Origin: Candidatus Marinacidobacterales bacterium
GTDB lineage: Bacteria; Acidobacteriota; Vicinamibacteria; Marinacidobacterales; DATDRI01
Reading direction: 5' to 3'
Length of the DNA: 64,000 bases
Assembly (NCBI GenBank): GCA_965226495.1
Contig: OZ245365.1
Location: 192,001-256,000 of the forward strand
This document shows, piece by piece, positions 42,701-55,561 of the stretch (within the stretch, counting starts at the first letter, position 1; each line of letters starts with the position of its first letter). The notes under the pieces were generated by a model that saw only the letters and a program-made list of their open reading frames with translations, did no database searches and was not told where the DNA came from. Made by a program: the position numbers and the translations under genes.

Positions 42701-45402
42701 CGCCGTATGGTGTTCTTGGAGAGGCCAACGAGCTTGGTGTCCTCTGCGAGGGGAAACGTCGCCGCGGCACCGGTGGCGTATTCGATGTGAAGAAGCGGAG
42801 CGGCTGACGGATTGTCGTCGTACGACTCGGCAATGCGTGTGCCGGAGCCGGTCACGATGATGGCGAGTGAATTCCCGTTGGCCCATCCCCCGCGGTTGAC
42901 GATCTGTTGAATGATCGGAGAGAGATCCGGAGTTCTCTGGTTGGGTCCGGCCTCCCCGACGAGCGTCCACGCCGGGACGCTCGTCCAGGCTACCGAGGCG
43001 CCGGTCTTGATTCGGGTTGTAATGTCGCCAAGGCCCGTCGTGAAGACCGGGGCATTGTCGATGTCTTCTCCCTGGAAAGTCAGATTGGTTAACACGGAGC
43101 TCGATTGATCGGCTCCGAACTGGATATAGGCACTCGTAATGGTGGCGCTCGGGGGAACGGTAATGTTCTGGAACCGCAAACCGACTTCCTGAAAGGCCGC
43201 TCCGTCCTCGACGAGCTCGAGATCGGCATTGACGACGCTGACCGCACTGGTACCGGTATCTTCCTCCGCGTCATCGTCGCTTTGTGACACACGGACTTCC
43301 ACGACCGCGATGCCCTCTCCACCATCATCATTGCGCCAGCGATAGTGCGCCTGGGTGAGATCGGGAGGGGCGGGCACGAACTCGTCCGCACCGATGTCGG
43401 GGGAAAAGGGATCCCGCGCCTCTCCATCGATATCGTCGGTGATCGGCAGGTTGGGATCGCTGTCGAGATCGGCTCCGAACAAGGTCCAGAGACTAAAGGA
43501 GTCGCTCAGCAAGTGAAGGTCTTCGAAGCCGGCCGTGGTGTCGACGAAGTAGGACGCGTATGCCGATTGGTTGGTCGCACCAACCGCGGTCCCGTCCGAG
43601 GAGACATTGTTGCTTTGAGTGATCGTGCCAACAAAGCACGCTGCTGACCCAAGACCGGTCACCGCGACATCCAGGACCGCGGTGCTCCTGACGGTGACGT
43701 TACCTACGCTTCTAAAGATGCCCCTGGCGTCCCGGTCATTGCCGGTGTTCTTGATATTAAAGATGGTGTTGTTATGGACATAAATGTTGGAACCCGCCGA
43801 GGCGCTGGTTACGTTCACAGCAAAGACATCCGCAACGGGGTTTGCTGTCGTCTGCTCGAGGTCATAGAGGATCGAGTTACTGAGCTTTACGTTACCATTG
43901 TCGATATCCAACCCGTTCACATCGGCGTCGCCACCACTGCCGTTCTGGCTTCGAAGATCATGAATCATGAGCTTGCTGAATCGAATGTCGGAGGAAAGAG
44001 AAACAGAAGTGTCGACTTCAATTCCCTCAACGGTCATACCGTTAGTCACACTAGAGCCATCGATCTCCACGCCCGTGATACGGACATCATCGTCAAGGAT
44101 TTCGATGATTCTTACGACTATCGGTGCGCTACTTATCGGCGCTAAACGGAACCCGGTTCCCGCGGTTCCCGTGTGACGCTGGGAAACGCCCACTTCATTC
44201 GCGCCGGTGGGCGTATAGATATGGATGTAGTTGTTCGGACCCGTCGCATATCCGCTTATTTGCACGATGTCATTCAGGGGAGCGTCGTTGTAACAGGTCC
44301 AGTTGAGCTGGAAGTTGCCAGTAACGAGGTCCGGCGTGTTGAGGTGATTCGCGTTGGAGGAGCCTGCTACCGCTGCCGTCAAGCTGTTGAAGGCGCGGAA
44401 AATCGAGATCGTCGTGAGGCCGAAACTAATGTTCGAATCGCCAGGCGTCCCGCCGTTCGCGGCAGAGTCTTGAATCGTGAAGACGGTCGACGAAGTGCGT
44501 CCGGTGATGTAATAACGATTGGCGCCTTCCTGAACCTCGTCGCCCACGCCGACGTCGTTGGGTGCAGGGTTCGTGAGAGTGAGCGTCCCCGTCGCCGCAG
44601 AAGCTGTGTCCGAGTGCAGGGTCGTGTTGTCGGTCCCCACGGAGTAGTAGATCGAGGTACCAACCGGCGCCGCCGGTCGTATGACCACGCCGGCCATGTC
44701 CCAGTCGGTTGCGGAGGATGCCGTGTGATCGGCACTGTCGATGCCTGCGGTGGCAAGGGTTCGGTCGTGGACGTATAGGTTCGCACCGTCCGTCCCGCCG
44801 CTATTCGAGACAAAGGCGCGTTGTGCGTAGGCTGCGTCCTCGACGGTGAGCGTTTGGTTACGTGGGTGGGAAGCAACGTAGAGGACCGAGTCGTTCAACG
44901 TCGACGTCAGGCTCAGCGATAGGTTTGCGTTGTCGATTCCACCAGTGCAGGCGCCGCTTGGTCCGTTGGTGTTGGAGCCGGCGGCACCCTCGGTGGGAGT
45001 CGTGGGGTCTGCCCCCGAGTAACGGCTGATCGCTGCGGTGGCACGTTGAGCGGCCGCGCTCAGCGTGACGACAGTGCTAAAAGCCGCGCCGGGTGATCCG
45101 AACGCTTGCCAGATCTCGATGCGAGGCTCGGTGAGCCTGGCCGCGCATTGAGTGACCTGCTGAGTCCAGGTGAGGCCGCCGCCACTGATGGAGCTCACAT
45201 TGACGCCGGTCTCGTAGATGGCAGCGGCGGTCACGTAGAGCTGGTCGGTGCCGCCTTGAACGCCGCCGATGTTGAGGGAGCTCGTGGCCGATCCGGCGAC
45301 GGTCAGCGTTTCTTGGTGGACGACCGCCGCGTGGGAGGAGGCTGCGGCCAGCAGGCAGAAGGCCGCAATGAGGAAACCGTGTACTTTCCTTGCGACGCTC
45401 AT
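30763..45402 (-). CDS. Giant secreted modular protein with C-terminal C25 (gingipain-like) propeptide and peptidase, about 4866 aa; interrupted by a +1 base near 31975 and a 38-bp insertion at 31065-31102
   Basis: Signal peptide; repeated beta-helix units ending DLHL..DIDG..R...WDIGADE; YRWRNDD modules; TAVELLTF domain; C25 motifs YVLLLGD, LAIGRLP, YIGHG, MNC. Three ORF pieces join by comparison with the paralog (14640-39 = 14601 nt, divisible by 3). Confidence 0.88.
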
Positions 45403-45435
45403 TGGCTTGCAGATGTCTCCCGCTGAGCGGAAGAC

Positions 45436-45455
45436 AACGCAAGATATGTGCCGGG
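45436..45455 (-). promoter_or_regulatory. sigma54 promoter of giant gene 1
   Basis: Minus strand CCCGGCACATATCTTGCGTT (GG-N10-GC). Confidence 0.75.
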
Positions 45456-45535
45456 AGGTACGTTCGGTAACTAGTTTTGATTCAATGGTTTGACACTTGG
45501 TGCCGTTCGTGGGGCGGGGGGAAATGCCAACACCC

Positions 45536-48500
45536 TTATGGGGTGTTTTGGAGCCTCATGGCGGGGTCCCCGAAGAGGTGGTAGATGCTGAGTAGCTCGA
45601 GATATCCACCGGACTCCGCAAACTTGGACTGGGCTTCGAGGACGGCGTCACCGAGGGTTGCGTGTCCTCCATGGAGAAGTTCTTCGAGCAAGAGTCGGTG
45701 ATAGAAGTGAGCGGGTCCATCGAGACTCTCCCCGCTGGGAGAAAAAGCGGCGACGATGCCCTTGCCGTCGGCCTTCAAGAGAGTTTCCGATAAGGAATCG
45801 AAAGTCGGGAACTGGAAGTATCCGTTCAAGCAGTTCATGGTGAGAAGCAATGGGTAGTGTGCGGGATAGTCGAGAGACTCGACGTGGTCGGATCTCAAGA
45901 TATTTTCAGACCATAGATTCATGGCACCGTGGCCGATGTAGCTGACCAGCGAGCCGCCTTCGTTGAAAGCATCGAGAATGCTGTCGTGAGTGCCGGCAGC
46001 GCCCAAACTCATCGAGATAGATCTTTTGGACTTCGTTGCCGGCTAAAAGCGAGGCGGCGAGCTCATCGGCGTTCGCCTCGAAGTCGCCGGCTCTTGGGTC
46101 AGGCCGGTCGGCAATGAGGACCGCCCGTCCCCCGAGTCCCATCCCTTCCGTTTCATAAGCGACGATCTTCTCCACCATGGCCTGTGCTTCTTGGAGATTA
46201 GCGGCGGGGAGTCTTCCAATGGCGAGGTCAGGCAACAAGTCGTCGCCGTTGACCGCGGCATAGGCCGGGTCGGAAGCGGTCCAGAGATAGGTGGACTTGA
46301 ATGGGAAAGGAGGGACTTGGTTCTGAACACCCCATCCGAAGTAGTCCTTGAAGTCGAAAGTCCCGTCACCGAGGAGCAAGACGTAGCGAGGAGGAGTTCT
46401 CCAGTTGTGATAGGCATGCTCCAAGAAGCTCCTGATGGCGTCGGGCCTGGTCTCACCATGACCGAACTCGGAATAGATCTGCTCGATGGGTACGGCCAGA
46501 ACGGTGAGACCTTGGCTAAGTCTGAGCTCGAGCAAAGGCCATGAGGCTTCGAGAAGATTCTCGGGACCAATAACGACGTAGTTGGCCCCGTAGAGCATGC
46601 TCTTGAGCCGATAGGGGAAGGGTCGTCGTATCTCTGGGCTCATGACGGCGGTAGAGTCGGCGACAAGGTAATGATGTTGTGATTCGGCCCTGAAACGGAG
46701 TCCGCCTTCAAAAGGTTGCGCACCGCTTAGCCACTTGGTTACGGGACCCGTGGTGTCGAGGAGCAAAGAACTACCCGTGAGACCTGTGACCTCGGCGACC
46801 CCGGACTCACCAAAGCTCCCCCGGAGCTGTCCGGAATCGGCGACCAACTGGCTCGGGTAGGTGACCTCGAACCGATTGAGCATGATGCGAGAGTAAGCGG
46901 CGCCGGTATCGCCGACGTTTTCAATCTCGAGAGTGTTCTCGCCCTCTAAGAGAGCACCAGGAAGCAGCGAGAGGTCGCTCATCCAGGGAAGCTCGCCCTC
47001 GAGCGTGAAGTCGTCGAGCAACATACCGTTGAGGTAGATGCGGACATGATGGTCGGGGTCGGTGGGTAAGTCGGTGGTTCCCTGAATCCATACCTTGAGA
47101 GAACCGCTCTCGGAGGTGGGGGCGAGGTCCTGTACCTCGAAGGAATAGGCCTTGGTGACGGGAGCCAATAGAAAATCCCAGAGCCAGACATCGGGAGCGG
47201 TGGTGAGCCTGCCTTGGAAGAGATGGTTCTCTTCGAGCTTCAAGGTCTTCCAGTAGTGCCCGACCTGTAAGCCCGAAGGAGAAGCAGAGCCACGTTCCAT
47301 CTTCTGGCCACCGCCGGAGGCGGAGAGGACATAGACGGCCTCTCGTCCATAGGGGTTGAGCTCTTCGCCGCCACTGAGGAAGTACAGCCGGGAGCCCCGC
47401 TTGAACTGCTTCTTATTGGGGTGGACGGTAAAGGCGACCGGCTCCCCCTGATAGGTGAGGTTGAGCGTCTTGGTCTTGATGCTCTTACGACGACTGCCGA
47501 AGAGGGATTGGTAGGAAACGCCGTAGAGTCCGCTATCGTGTGTGACGAGGTTAGCGACGACGTTTCCGGAGCCGGCATTCTTCTTTCGTCGCTTGCGTCC
47601 CCGGGAGCCGCCCAAAGACTTTTCTCCGGGCACTTTTCCTTTGAACTTGACCTTGACGATGAGGCGACGTGCGAGGAGAAGCTGTCCGGTGGAACGGTCC
47701 CACCGTAGTGGGGAAAGCTCCAAGAAGGCCTTTTTGACGTCACCCTGGAAGGCGATGCTGACGATATGAACTGGACTCTCGGGATAAAGCCCCTGACCGC
47801 GGAAGGCCTTCCCTGGTTGTTGAGCAGAGCTGGCGAGGCTGACGGTGCCGTCGGGTAGCATGACGGGTTCGAGCAGCTCGGCGGAGGTGGGTCTCAAGGA
47901 AAACGCTTCGACGCTTTTTGCCTTGACGGACTTGATCTTGACCTGTTTGCCGACCACGGCTTGTAGCCAGGTGCGTTTGACGGGTATAGCCGGAGTCCCG
48001 GGTTCCCAGTCTTCGAGAAATCCAGGAATGGACAAGCGCACCGAGCCGTCATCTTGGGGCTCGGCATAGAAGCCGCCGGTGATGAGCTCGAGGGTAACTT
48101 GACGGCGGGAGCGTTTCAATACCCGCAAGATGGTCTGTTCAGGATTGCCGTAAGTAATGCCGTGCTCCGAGGAGACGGACTCATCTTCTTCTTCGCCATC
48201 CTCGGCTGGTGAGTCGAAGGTAGCTCCGGCTAAGGGAGTCGCGGAGACCGGTCCATGTCGCTCGCGTACTCCGGTAGATTCCAAGTCTTCGAGCTCGTAG
48301 AAATAGGATTGCCCGTTGACCAAACCGGAGTCGACGTAACGGTAGCTGGCACCGAGCGGAGAAGACCCAAGCCCCGGAATCACGTTTGGGTTCACGGGCT
48401 GGTAGGGTCCGGATTCAGACGTCGCTCGGTAGAGATAGAAGCCGACGTTATCGACCTCGGAGCCCGTTTCCCATCGGAGCTCTATCGCGCCATCTCCACC

Positions 48501-51500
48501 TTGTGCTTCGAAGGAGAGGAGCTCGACCGCGGTCGTCGCGGCGATGTCGTCGGCCCCGATATCCCAGGCCGGTGTTCGAGCGCCGCCATCGATGTCTGCG
48601 ACGAAGGTTCCGCTCAAATTGAGGGCATTGTTCTGAGCATTGTTGATGGCCGGGTTGTCTTGAAGGTGGAAATCTTCAGCTCCCGGCGTGAGATCCACGA
48701 ACATGACCCAGCCGTTAAGCTGGGGTGGAGCGCCTGGTGACGTCAAATCGGTGGCGTCGCGGAACGGAAAGCAGCTACCGCAGGAGGCCGTTCCGTCGGC
48801 GGAGATGTTGTTGTCCACTAGCAGGCCGCCTCCGAACTGGAAGTCTTGCCCGGGCACTGCATTCATGGAAATCGTATTGCGAACGATTGCGGTGGAAAGC
48901 TGGGCGTCGATTCCGCCCTGGACGTTTCCGAAGACCGTGACGTTCTCGACGCTCAAGAGGTCGCTAAGGTTGTCGCCCTCGATGCCCAATTCGTCGTTGT
49001 TGTAGATAATGGAATTGCGCACCGTCACGACTCTATCTCCGGTGTTGCCGGAGAGCCGAATGCCGTTGCTGTTGTCGTGCACGAGCAGGAGACGAAGGAG
49101 CACATTGGTTGCGGAGAAGACCTTTACGCCGGCATCGGTAGAGGCGCCGCGAACGTTGCGGATCTCCAACCACTCGACGGTGACGTTGTCGTTCCGGATC
49201 CGGATCTCGTCTTCGGTATCGCTGGCGGTGAGGGAGTCTAGCAAAACACCGCCCCCGGCCTGTCCATAGTGCCGGTTTCTTGGGTTCGCGGTGAGCGTGA
49301 TGTCATGAAGAGGGTCGGTTATGGAGTCTTCGAACGTGACGCCCCTCACGAAGTCCGGGTCCGACGGCACGGCGGAATCGTTGTAGGCGATCCCGATCTC
49401 CTTCCGATGTTCCAGGACCAGATCGCCGCTGACGACAGGGAAATAGATGCACCCTCCGTTACCGGAGATGCAGTCTTCCCATGCCTGAAGGGTCGTGAAC
49501 TGCCGCGAGATCTCGTAGATCCCAGAGTGATTGCCCGCCACCGGCTCAGTCAGGGTCAACTGCGTTTCCGAGTCCACTCTAAGGATGGTGTAATCCGTTC
49601 CGTTGATGTCTATCCGATCTCCGCGACCTCGATTCGCCGATTGCCAAAGCGTTGTGCTCCCGGTCACGACCGCGGACCCGGCAAATGCGTCGATGGACCC
49701 GTTGGTATAATCGGGAGCGATCCCGATCGAGCGATAGTTCACGTTGAGCGCTTCATCGGCACCGATATCCGGGGTGGAAGGGTCTCGGAGCTCGTCATCG
49801 ATGTCGTCGGTGACGGGAAGATTCAGATCGCCATCGAGATCCGCTCCGGGGGAACCCCAAAGCGCATTGGAGCTCGCCAATAAGTGAAGGTTTTCGGTGC
49901 CGAACACCGCGTCGAAGAAATAGTCGGCGTAATTCGATTGGTTCACCTGGCTTCCAACGCCGGCCGCGGTGCCGTCTGAAGACACGTTGTTGTTCTGCGC
50001 GGCGAAGGCTCCACTGAAGCACGCTTCTGCCCCGGATGGGCTATCGGCAAGTCCCACGTAGTTGTTGCGCACCCACATGGTGCCGCCCGCCGTGTCGGCG
50101 ATCCCCAGCGCGAAGCCGGCGCTTCCGGCGTTAAGGACCCTGAAAACGGTGTTGTTGTAAATGTAGTGGGAGTTACCGGCGGTGGTGGCCTCGATTCCGA
50201 TGGCGTCGCTGGCCGCGTTCGCCGAGAGGTTCGTGATGTTATAGACGAAGTTGTTCCAGATCTTCGTGTCGTTCGCGTCTCCGACCTCGATTCCCCACGT
50301 GTCGCTTTGATCTAATTCATCGGCGGTCCCGTTGCTGATGTCGTAGATGAGCGAATGAGAGATCCGAACGTCTTCCATGGCCGAGCCGCCGTCATCGACG
50401 AAGATGCCCCGTACGTTTTCGCCGAAGCTGACATTGATCCCATCGATTTCGATACCCTCGATGTAAACATAGCCCGTGTCGTTGCTGACGAGGATGAAGT
50501 TGTAGAACCCGGGGCCCGCGGCGACGGACGGGGCAATGCGATAACCGGTGCCGGCGATGCCGATGTGACGTTGTGAGACCCCGACCTGATTGAGTTCGGT
50601 GGGGGTAAAGACCCGGATGTAGTTGTTGGGACCAGTGACCCACGGTTCTTCGATTCTCACGGGCGTTGTGTCCGGTGCTTCGTTGTAGCAAGCCCAATGG
50701 AGGCGGAAGCCGTTGGACACGAGATCCGCTGTGGCGAGGTGAGCGGGGTCGCCCGAGAAGAGGGCGGCGTCGTTCAAGGATGGGAAGGCCCGCATGATGG
50801 AGTTCACCATGGCGGCGTTGATGTTCGGCGGCGCAAGACCGGTAGCAGTGGTGACGGTGTAGGTGCTCGCATTGATCCGGCCGGAAATGTAAACCAACGG
50901 TCCGCCGACGTAGTTGATCTCATCGCCGACTCCGATGCCGCCCGATTGGTCGGTGGTGAAGGTGGCAGTGCCGTTGACAATGGTGATGTCCGTCGGGCCG
51001 CTCTTCAGGTCTATGAGGCTTGCCCGGGAGGTGCCCACCGAGTAATAGACATCACCCCCGGCGGCACTGTCCTGAGTGTGCACCACGCTCGACGCGGTTC
51101 CTGACTCCGCGACGCCCGACTCCACAAGATCGATGCCGTCGAGGTCGAGGGAGAATGTGGTCGCGTCGCCGGCAACCAAGCTGGAGACGGTGGCTAGAAC
51201 GAGATAGTTTGTTCCCGCTCCCGGAGATTCTCCGAGTCCAGAGAAGTCAAGGACGCCGCCGGACGGCGTTACGCCGATTTGAAGCTGTGTGTCGGCGCCG
51301 TCGATGACACCGTCGTTGTTATTGTCTCGCCACAGCTCGCCGGAGGTAACGTCTCCGTTGACGACACCGCCGGTGATCGTGAAATGGACCTTGATGTCGT
51401 CAACCGTTACCGGGCCGGTCCCCGCCGCCGAGAGCTTGAAACGGAAGAGCTCCGTGATCACCGACGGCGACGTAGAGAATTGGTCGGAGACTTGCCCCAC

Positions 51501-54500
51501 GTCGTGATCAGAGAGTGCGAGGTCGGCGTCGGAAACACTGACTTCCGCGAATTCCAAGTAGGTTCCGAGTACGCTTCCGCCTAGGGCGTCGAAGAGGCGG
51601 AAACAGTAGTCCCCACCACGTGTGGCGTTCGAGGTGGCTTGAATGGAGAACTCGATTTCGGTGAACTCGTCGCCGTTCAGAGTCATCGAACTGGCTGCAT
51701 TGTTGGCGTCTCGAACCTCGCCGCTGATGAAGACCGACGCTTCGTCCGTGAGGCCGGGCGTGACGTTGGTGGTGGCCTCACCGTCGGTAATGAAGACGGA
51801 GTCGATGATTTGCCAGTCACCGCTCGCGTCGATGGGTACCGCGGTGTAGGTGCCGGCGGCGCAAGCAGCCGTTTCCGCTACTTGAAGTTGGAAGGCGACC
51901 GGACCGGCGTTCAAGACCCCTTCGTTCGAGACGTCGAATCTCAAGCGTCGAGGAGACTGTTCTGCCAGCCCAATGAGCTTCGTATCCTGAGGCAACGCCC
52001 ACGTTGCAGCGCTTTCACCGGCGTCATCGTTCCGCCAACGATAGTGGTTTTGAGTGAGGTCGCCAACGGCGGCGGGGATGATTTCATCGGCGCCGATGTC
52101 CCAAGGCGTCACGCGCGACTCTGCGTCAATATCGTCAGCGAAGGCAAGGTCGGGATCTGCGGACAGTTTGGTGCCGAAGCTTTGAGCTCCGGTGTCGCTC
52201 GGGTCCAAGTGAAAATCGTCCGCGGCGGCATTGACGAACGTGACGCCAACTCCGTCCCGGGCACTGTTCGGGGGGATATCCAAGTCCGGACCCGGACCAG
52301 ACAGATTATTGGTGCTGGCTCCGATGTCGAAGGTCCCGACATAGTTATCCACGTTGTTGTAGACCAGGTTGTTCTTGGCGATCACCGTCCCTTGGAAAAC
52401 ATTGATGCCATCTTGCCCGTCGACGACCGTATTGTTGTAGAGATAGACGGTAAAATCCGGGTCATCCGGGCTGATGCCGACGACGAACGTCAAGCCGCTA
52501 CCGTCCCAGTCATAGAAGAGGTTGTTGTGGGCCTTGAGCACGCCCGAGCCCGCGGAGAAAATTTCCAGCCCAATGCGAATGTCTTCGATGCCGGATCCGT
52601 TTCCTCGAACGATGGAGTTCGAAACCTCGTAGTCGGAGGCTCCGATGGAGCTGCGAAATGCAATCCCGAGGGCACCGTTCGTGTCTGTCCTCATCCATAC
52701 TTGCAGGCCGTCGATGCGTACGTAGTTGTCCTGGACCTCTAGAGCGGTGATGCCGTCTATCTCCAAACGGTAAGCGTTGAGATTCCAGGTCCCGTTGTGT
52801 CGTTGGCTGGCGCCCACCTCGCTCGGATCGGTAGGCGTATAGATGCGAATGTAGTTGCTCGGGGCCGTGATCCAGCCGCTGAGAAACACGTTTTTCGTGT
52901 CCGGTCCGTCACCGTAGCAGGCAACATTCATGATGGTGTCGCTGGCGACCAAATCGTTGGAGGTGTCGAAATCCCTCACCGAGATGTCCAGGCTGGTGTT
53001 CTCGAACTGCGTTCCCCAATCGGACAAGAATGTGTAGGCGCGAAAAACTTCTACGAAGGTGCCCGGTCCAGCAGGTTGAGGGATTCCTCCGCTTGCGTCT
53101 CTGACCGTGTAAACCGTGGCCGAACTCCGACCATGGATAAAGGCCAGGTGGAAACTACCGTCGTTGTACTGCAGCACGTCGCCGACTCCGACATCGTTCG
53201 GCATGGGCCCAGAAAACGTCGCCGTGCCCCCGACAATCTCCACAGTACGAAAGCTAGTATTGAGGTCCGCGCTATTGATTCCCACCGAGCGATAGAGTGG
53301 TGCCGCGGTCACTAGGGCTTCGTCGGCTCCCATGTCCCATGGTGCGATGCGAAACTCCCCGTCGATGTCGTGACCAAACAGACCCGAGGCATCGAAGCCA
53401 GCATCGATGGCGTTCGCTCCGATCGCTAGGTGCAAATCTTCGGAGCCGTTGAGTGTGTTCTGGAATTCTCCGCCGTTCTCGAACGTTATGGAGGTCGCTC
53501 CCGGCGGGTTGTCCACCGCCGTGTCGTCTGACGACATGTTGTGCTGGTAGGTGGCGTTTACGGGAGGGGTGGCGCCGGTCTGGCACACCTCCGTGCCGAC
53601 GTTCAGGGCTCCCGTGTTGTAGGCGCAGTAAGCCTGGGCGTTGCCGACCCCCAGCGTATAGACATCGATTACGATGTTGTTCACGACGGTCCGGTCGGCG
53701 GAGTCGGGTCCGACAATCCCATAGACGTTCGCCGTCGCCGCGGCTTGGACGTTTCGAATATTGAAGACGGTATTGTTGTGGATGAACGTATTGTAAGAGC
53801 CCGCCAGTTCGTCGGTTATTCCGTGGGCCCTCCCCGACGCGCCCGGGTCGGTCGACAAAATGTCGTAGACGAGATTGTTGTAGACGAACGCTTGATCTAC
53901 CTGGTTGATGCCAATTCCCCTGACCGGCGAAGCGCTTCTCGCTATGTCGTGGACGATTAGATTGCGGAAAGTGATATCGAGGAGCGGCCCAGCGGCGCGA
54001 ATACCGTAGCCACGATCGAATCCCGTGCCGTCGATCTCGAGCCATTCGACGGTTACGAAATCGTTACCCACGTCAATCATGGGTCCGCCGCCGCCGACCG
54101 CCACCAAGCGTGCGCCCGTTCCGGCCGTACCGAGATGTCGCTGGCTCGCACCGCTCGCCACTTGGGAAGCGCCTGCCACGGTCAACGTAATGTAATGCGT
54201 TGGATCGGTGGTGTATCCGTTGATACTGGCGGGCGCGTCGAAGGCACCGTCGTCGTAGCAGATCCAGGTGAGGTTTACGTCCGCCCCGGTCGGGGTTAAA
54301 TCAAAATTATTCAAGTGGAGCCCATCGCCCGAATTGGCGATGGCGTTGGCGATGGTACCGAACGCTCGGCGGATGCCGCTCACCCCGACGAAAGCGGTAT
54401 CTGGCGGTTTAGCGCCGGTAGCGGTTTGCAAGACGAACTGGGTTGAACTGATGACGGTTTGGATGTACGCGGTGGTGCCCCCTCCGTATTCGATTTCGTC

Positions 54501-55373
54501 ACCGACACCGATGTTGCCGGTTTGTGCTTGATCGAGGGTCGCCAACCCATTTGTGATTTGGATGTTCGCCGGAAGTATCGCCAGATTGCCGGGCCAGGAC
54601 ACACCGACCGAATAGTAGACCTGGGCTGGCGCGAAAGCCGCGAGGACATAGGACATTTGAGAAGAGCTGAAATCGACGGTCCACCCTTGGTTCTCCGAGC
54701 CCGCTCTTGTTTTCTCTTCGTAACTGCCGGCCGCACCATGAGAGATCCCTGCATCGAAGAACTCGTTTTGCCCGGGATCGGGAGTGAAGGTCGTTGTGCC
54801 GTCGGACGCAACGCAGTCGAAGATCCACGCGCCATTGGTGAGAGTGCTGATGGTTTGCGAGATAGCGGTGGCGGCGGTGTCGTCGTCCGCAAACGCCGTC
54901 GCTTCGGGCCCTTGCTGGGCCGCGCCGAAGACGGACACCGAGCCCGCCCTAATCTCGGAGGTATTTCCAGAAGTGGTGATGGCGATGGTGTACGAACCGG
55001 GAAGAGGAAGATCCGAGTCCAGCATGTACCAGATCTCGGTGCTCGTCACCGCCCCACTCGGAGGAGCCCAGTGCTCGATGGCTTGCGTCATCGAGACACC
55101 GTTGTAGGTCATCGTGATGACGTCGCTATTCGGCAGGCTGGCATCTACGGCGACGGAAACGACCAGGAGCCGATTGGGCCCCGCGCCGACCGTATGGCTG
55201 AAACTCAGGAAAGATCCGCCGCCGGTCGAGCCGTTGGTACTATCGACGGCAATCGCGGCTTCCGCCGACGAAGCCAAGCCCAAGAGCCCGGCTGCCATCG
55301 CGAAGAGCCAAGCTGCGCCCAATACGTTTACGCGGGCCACGCTTTCTTTGCGATTCGTTCCATTCACTGGCAC
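45536..55373 (-). CDS. Giant secreted modular protein with C-terminal C25 peptidase, about 3278 aa; +1 frameshift at 46005-46007
   Basis: Paralog of 30763-45402. GTG 55373 follows a GGGGAG RBS; signal peptide ends AEA. Removing one T (GAGTTTGGGC to GAGTTGGGC, ELGAA) joins ORFs 45906-55406 and 45536-46012. Confidence 0.88.
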
Positions 55374-55399
55374 ATAGCTCTCCCCGATCGGATCTTGGG

Positions 55400-55419
55400 A
55401 ACGCAAGAAATGTGCCGGG
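55400..55419 (-). promoter_or_regulatory. sigma54 promoter of giant gene 2
   Basis: Minus strand CCCGGCACATTTCTTGCGTT, 19/20 identical to 45436-45455. Confidence 0.75.
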
Positions 55420-55561
55420 CGACTGAATTTGGAAGTGTCCGGTTACTCAACGCGTTACAGCGAAAGCTTCTTCGGGAGAGGGGGGAAAGGACAACACTCT
55501 ATCCCGTCGAGGGTGGGGAGACTACGTACTCAGCAGTAGGACGATCGTGTTGGTTTCGATC

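Noticed and set aside
30763-48540. Diversity-generating retroelement TR/VR pair in the duplicated C25 regions
   Set aside because: No reverse transcriptase; differences look mostly synonymous rather than adenine-specific, and both copies are coding.
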